NCBI GenBank assembly: GCA_976551045.1
Contig: CDPCPM010000062.1
Coordinates: forward strand, 4,650,001-4,714,000
Reading direction: 5' to 3'
DNA from: Glaucostegus cemiculus
Lineage: Eukaryota
DNA: 64,000 nucleotides
The position numbers and the translations under genes are program-made. The number at the start of each line of letters is the position of its first letter. Positions within the stretch are counted from its first letter, which is position 1. The notes below the pieces were generated by a model. It saw only the letters and a list, made by a program, of their open reading frames with translations, was not told the DNA's origin and did no database searches. Positions 62,556 to 64,000 of this stretch are shown one piece after another.

Positions 62556-63209
62556 GACTGTTGCCGTCCTTTATGGTTCCTTCTCAGATCTGTTCTCTAT
62601 TACTTTAAGACCTGAAGACTCTAATAGTGAGTGCATTTTAATCTATGTTAATTGTTAGTTTAAACCACTAGTGCTATCTTTGAACTTACCTGGATTTTTT
62701 AAAATATCTCAATGACCATTGAATCTCAACAATTTTGTCTTCTAAATCTATTGATTTTTCTGCAGTGCATGACTACACAGGTCCACACTGGGTGTACTAC
62801 TGGGCCCAGACACTGCTTCTGTGCCTTGCTATTCAGTTGCTTAAGTGTTAAAGTAACTACTTAGCCAACAGCCTGCCTGTCACTGATGTTATATCTGTGA
62901 CTGGTTTAGTTGTTCTACTGGTTTCTCAGCTTCAGCTACAGTCTGTTTCCTGGCTAGAGTTTCATGCTTCCAGGCCAAGGTACATTTCTCTACCGAGCCT
63001 GGAACTTATGATAAACCTCACCTTTGTCGTTTTGTTTTAACTCTATTAAATGTATCCCAAAACGTGACTTCTGGCTTTGGTTTTGGGTCTCTTCTGTTTT
63101 CTCCACTCCATTCTCAATATACTATTACAAAGATAGGTGTATATTAATAAATCTTTCACTGAATTTTTTCTGTGTACACTTTTCTTTTAAAATATTAAAA
63201 ATATTTTAC

Positions 63210-63442
63210 TTACAGCGTGGTAACAGGCCCTTTCGGGCCAACGAGTCCGCGCCACCCACTTTAAACCCCCAAATTAACCTACCCATACATCTTTCAGAAT
63301 GTGGGAGGAAACCGGAGCACCCGGAGGAAACCCACGCAGACATGGGAGAACGTACAAACTCCTTACAGTCAGCGACGGGAATCGAACCCCGATCGCTGGC
63401 ACTGTAACAGTGTTGCGCTAACCGCTACGCTACCGTGCCACC
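63210..63442 (-). mobile_element. V-SINE with CR1-type tail (HE1-like), young
   Basis: CpG-rich, intact B box (gggttcgattccc on minus strand), V-domain, and tail ggcccgaaagggcctgttaccacgctgta. Confidence 0.88.
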
Positions 63443-64000
63443 CCTCTTTGGTTTCTTCCCTCTTTGGTTCTCCGTCCTTCCAAGTCCCGACTTTAACATC
63501 AGCACTCCTTCATCTTACTTCTGCTTCTCATAGTCTCATATTTTCTTACAGCATTGAAGGAGGCCAAATGGCTCCATGCTGGCTCCTTGAACAATCCCTT
63601 CCATCACTTATTTCATTGTAACTTATTTTCTCACACCTGCCCGGGCCACCACAAGCTTGAACAATCCCAAATCCTTCCACTGCCCTCCTCTTGAAACCTC
63701 CTAATGGGCACATCAAGCCACTCCTCATTATGAGCAACAACTCAACCACCCAATCCTTATCTCTCAGCTCAGCCCATCAGTTGAGAGCTAGTGTTGGTAA
63801 ACTTCCACCACAGTTCCCCTTTATTGATGCTCAACTGTAGGCTTGGCCAGTGGGTCAACAATTTCTGCATCTACCACCAGAATGTCAGTTCATTTTTCTA
63901 CAAGGCCATTGCCATTCATGAGGTTGTGGATGGTTGTACCAACATCATAGATTCAACAGAGATTTGTGATCTCATCTCCTTAAATGAAGTCTTACCAACT

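Noticed and set aside
1-64000. CRISPR arrays, rRNA or prokaryotic-style operon systems
   Set aside because: Vertebrate intron-containing locus; no repeat-spacer arrays or rRNA sequence seen

Overview
Eukaryotic genomic DNA: the anterior (3') half of a HoxA cluster from a cartilaginous fish, judged from protein sequence and elasmobranch-type repeats (species not determinable here). Four two-exon homeobox genes lie on the + strand in the order HoxA4 (5517-6611, 247 aa), HoxA3 (23961-26604, 409 aa), HoxA2 (31297-32902, 363 aa) and HoxA1 (37322-38729, 325 aa), all with phase-1 GT-AG introns that join in frame. The cluster part (1 to ~46 kb) is almost free of transposons. It carries four DR5 retinoic-acid response elements, DR2/DR1 sites, the Hoxa3 r5/r6 and Hoxa2 r3/r5, r4 and r2 enhancer motifs, CCAAT+E-box promoter modules and miR-10/miR-99 seed sites. 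From ~46.8 kb the sequence is a mosaic of CR1 and Rex1/Babar LINE fragments, V-SINEs, a DeuSINE and a fossil Harbinger transposase. I found no wholly new protein-coding system. The most interesting unexplained layer is non-coding: a uORF in the leader of every Hox gene, each with a different geometry, and splice/polyA signals outlining antisense HOTAIRM1-like and HOXA-AS2-like transcripts. Two N gaps are present. Comparisons with mammalian sequences are from memory and need alignment.
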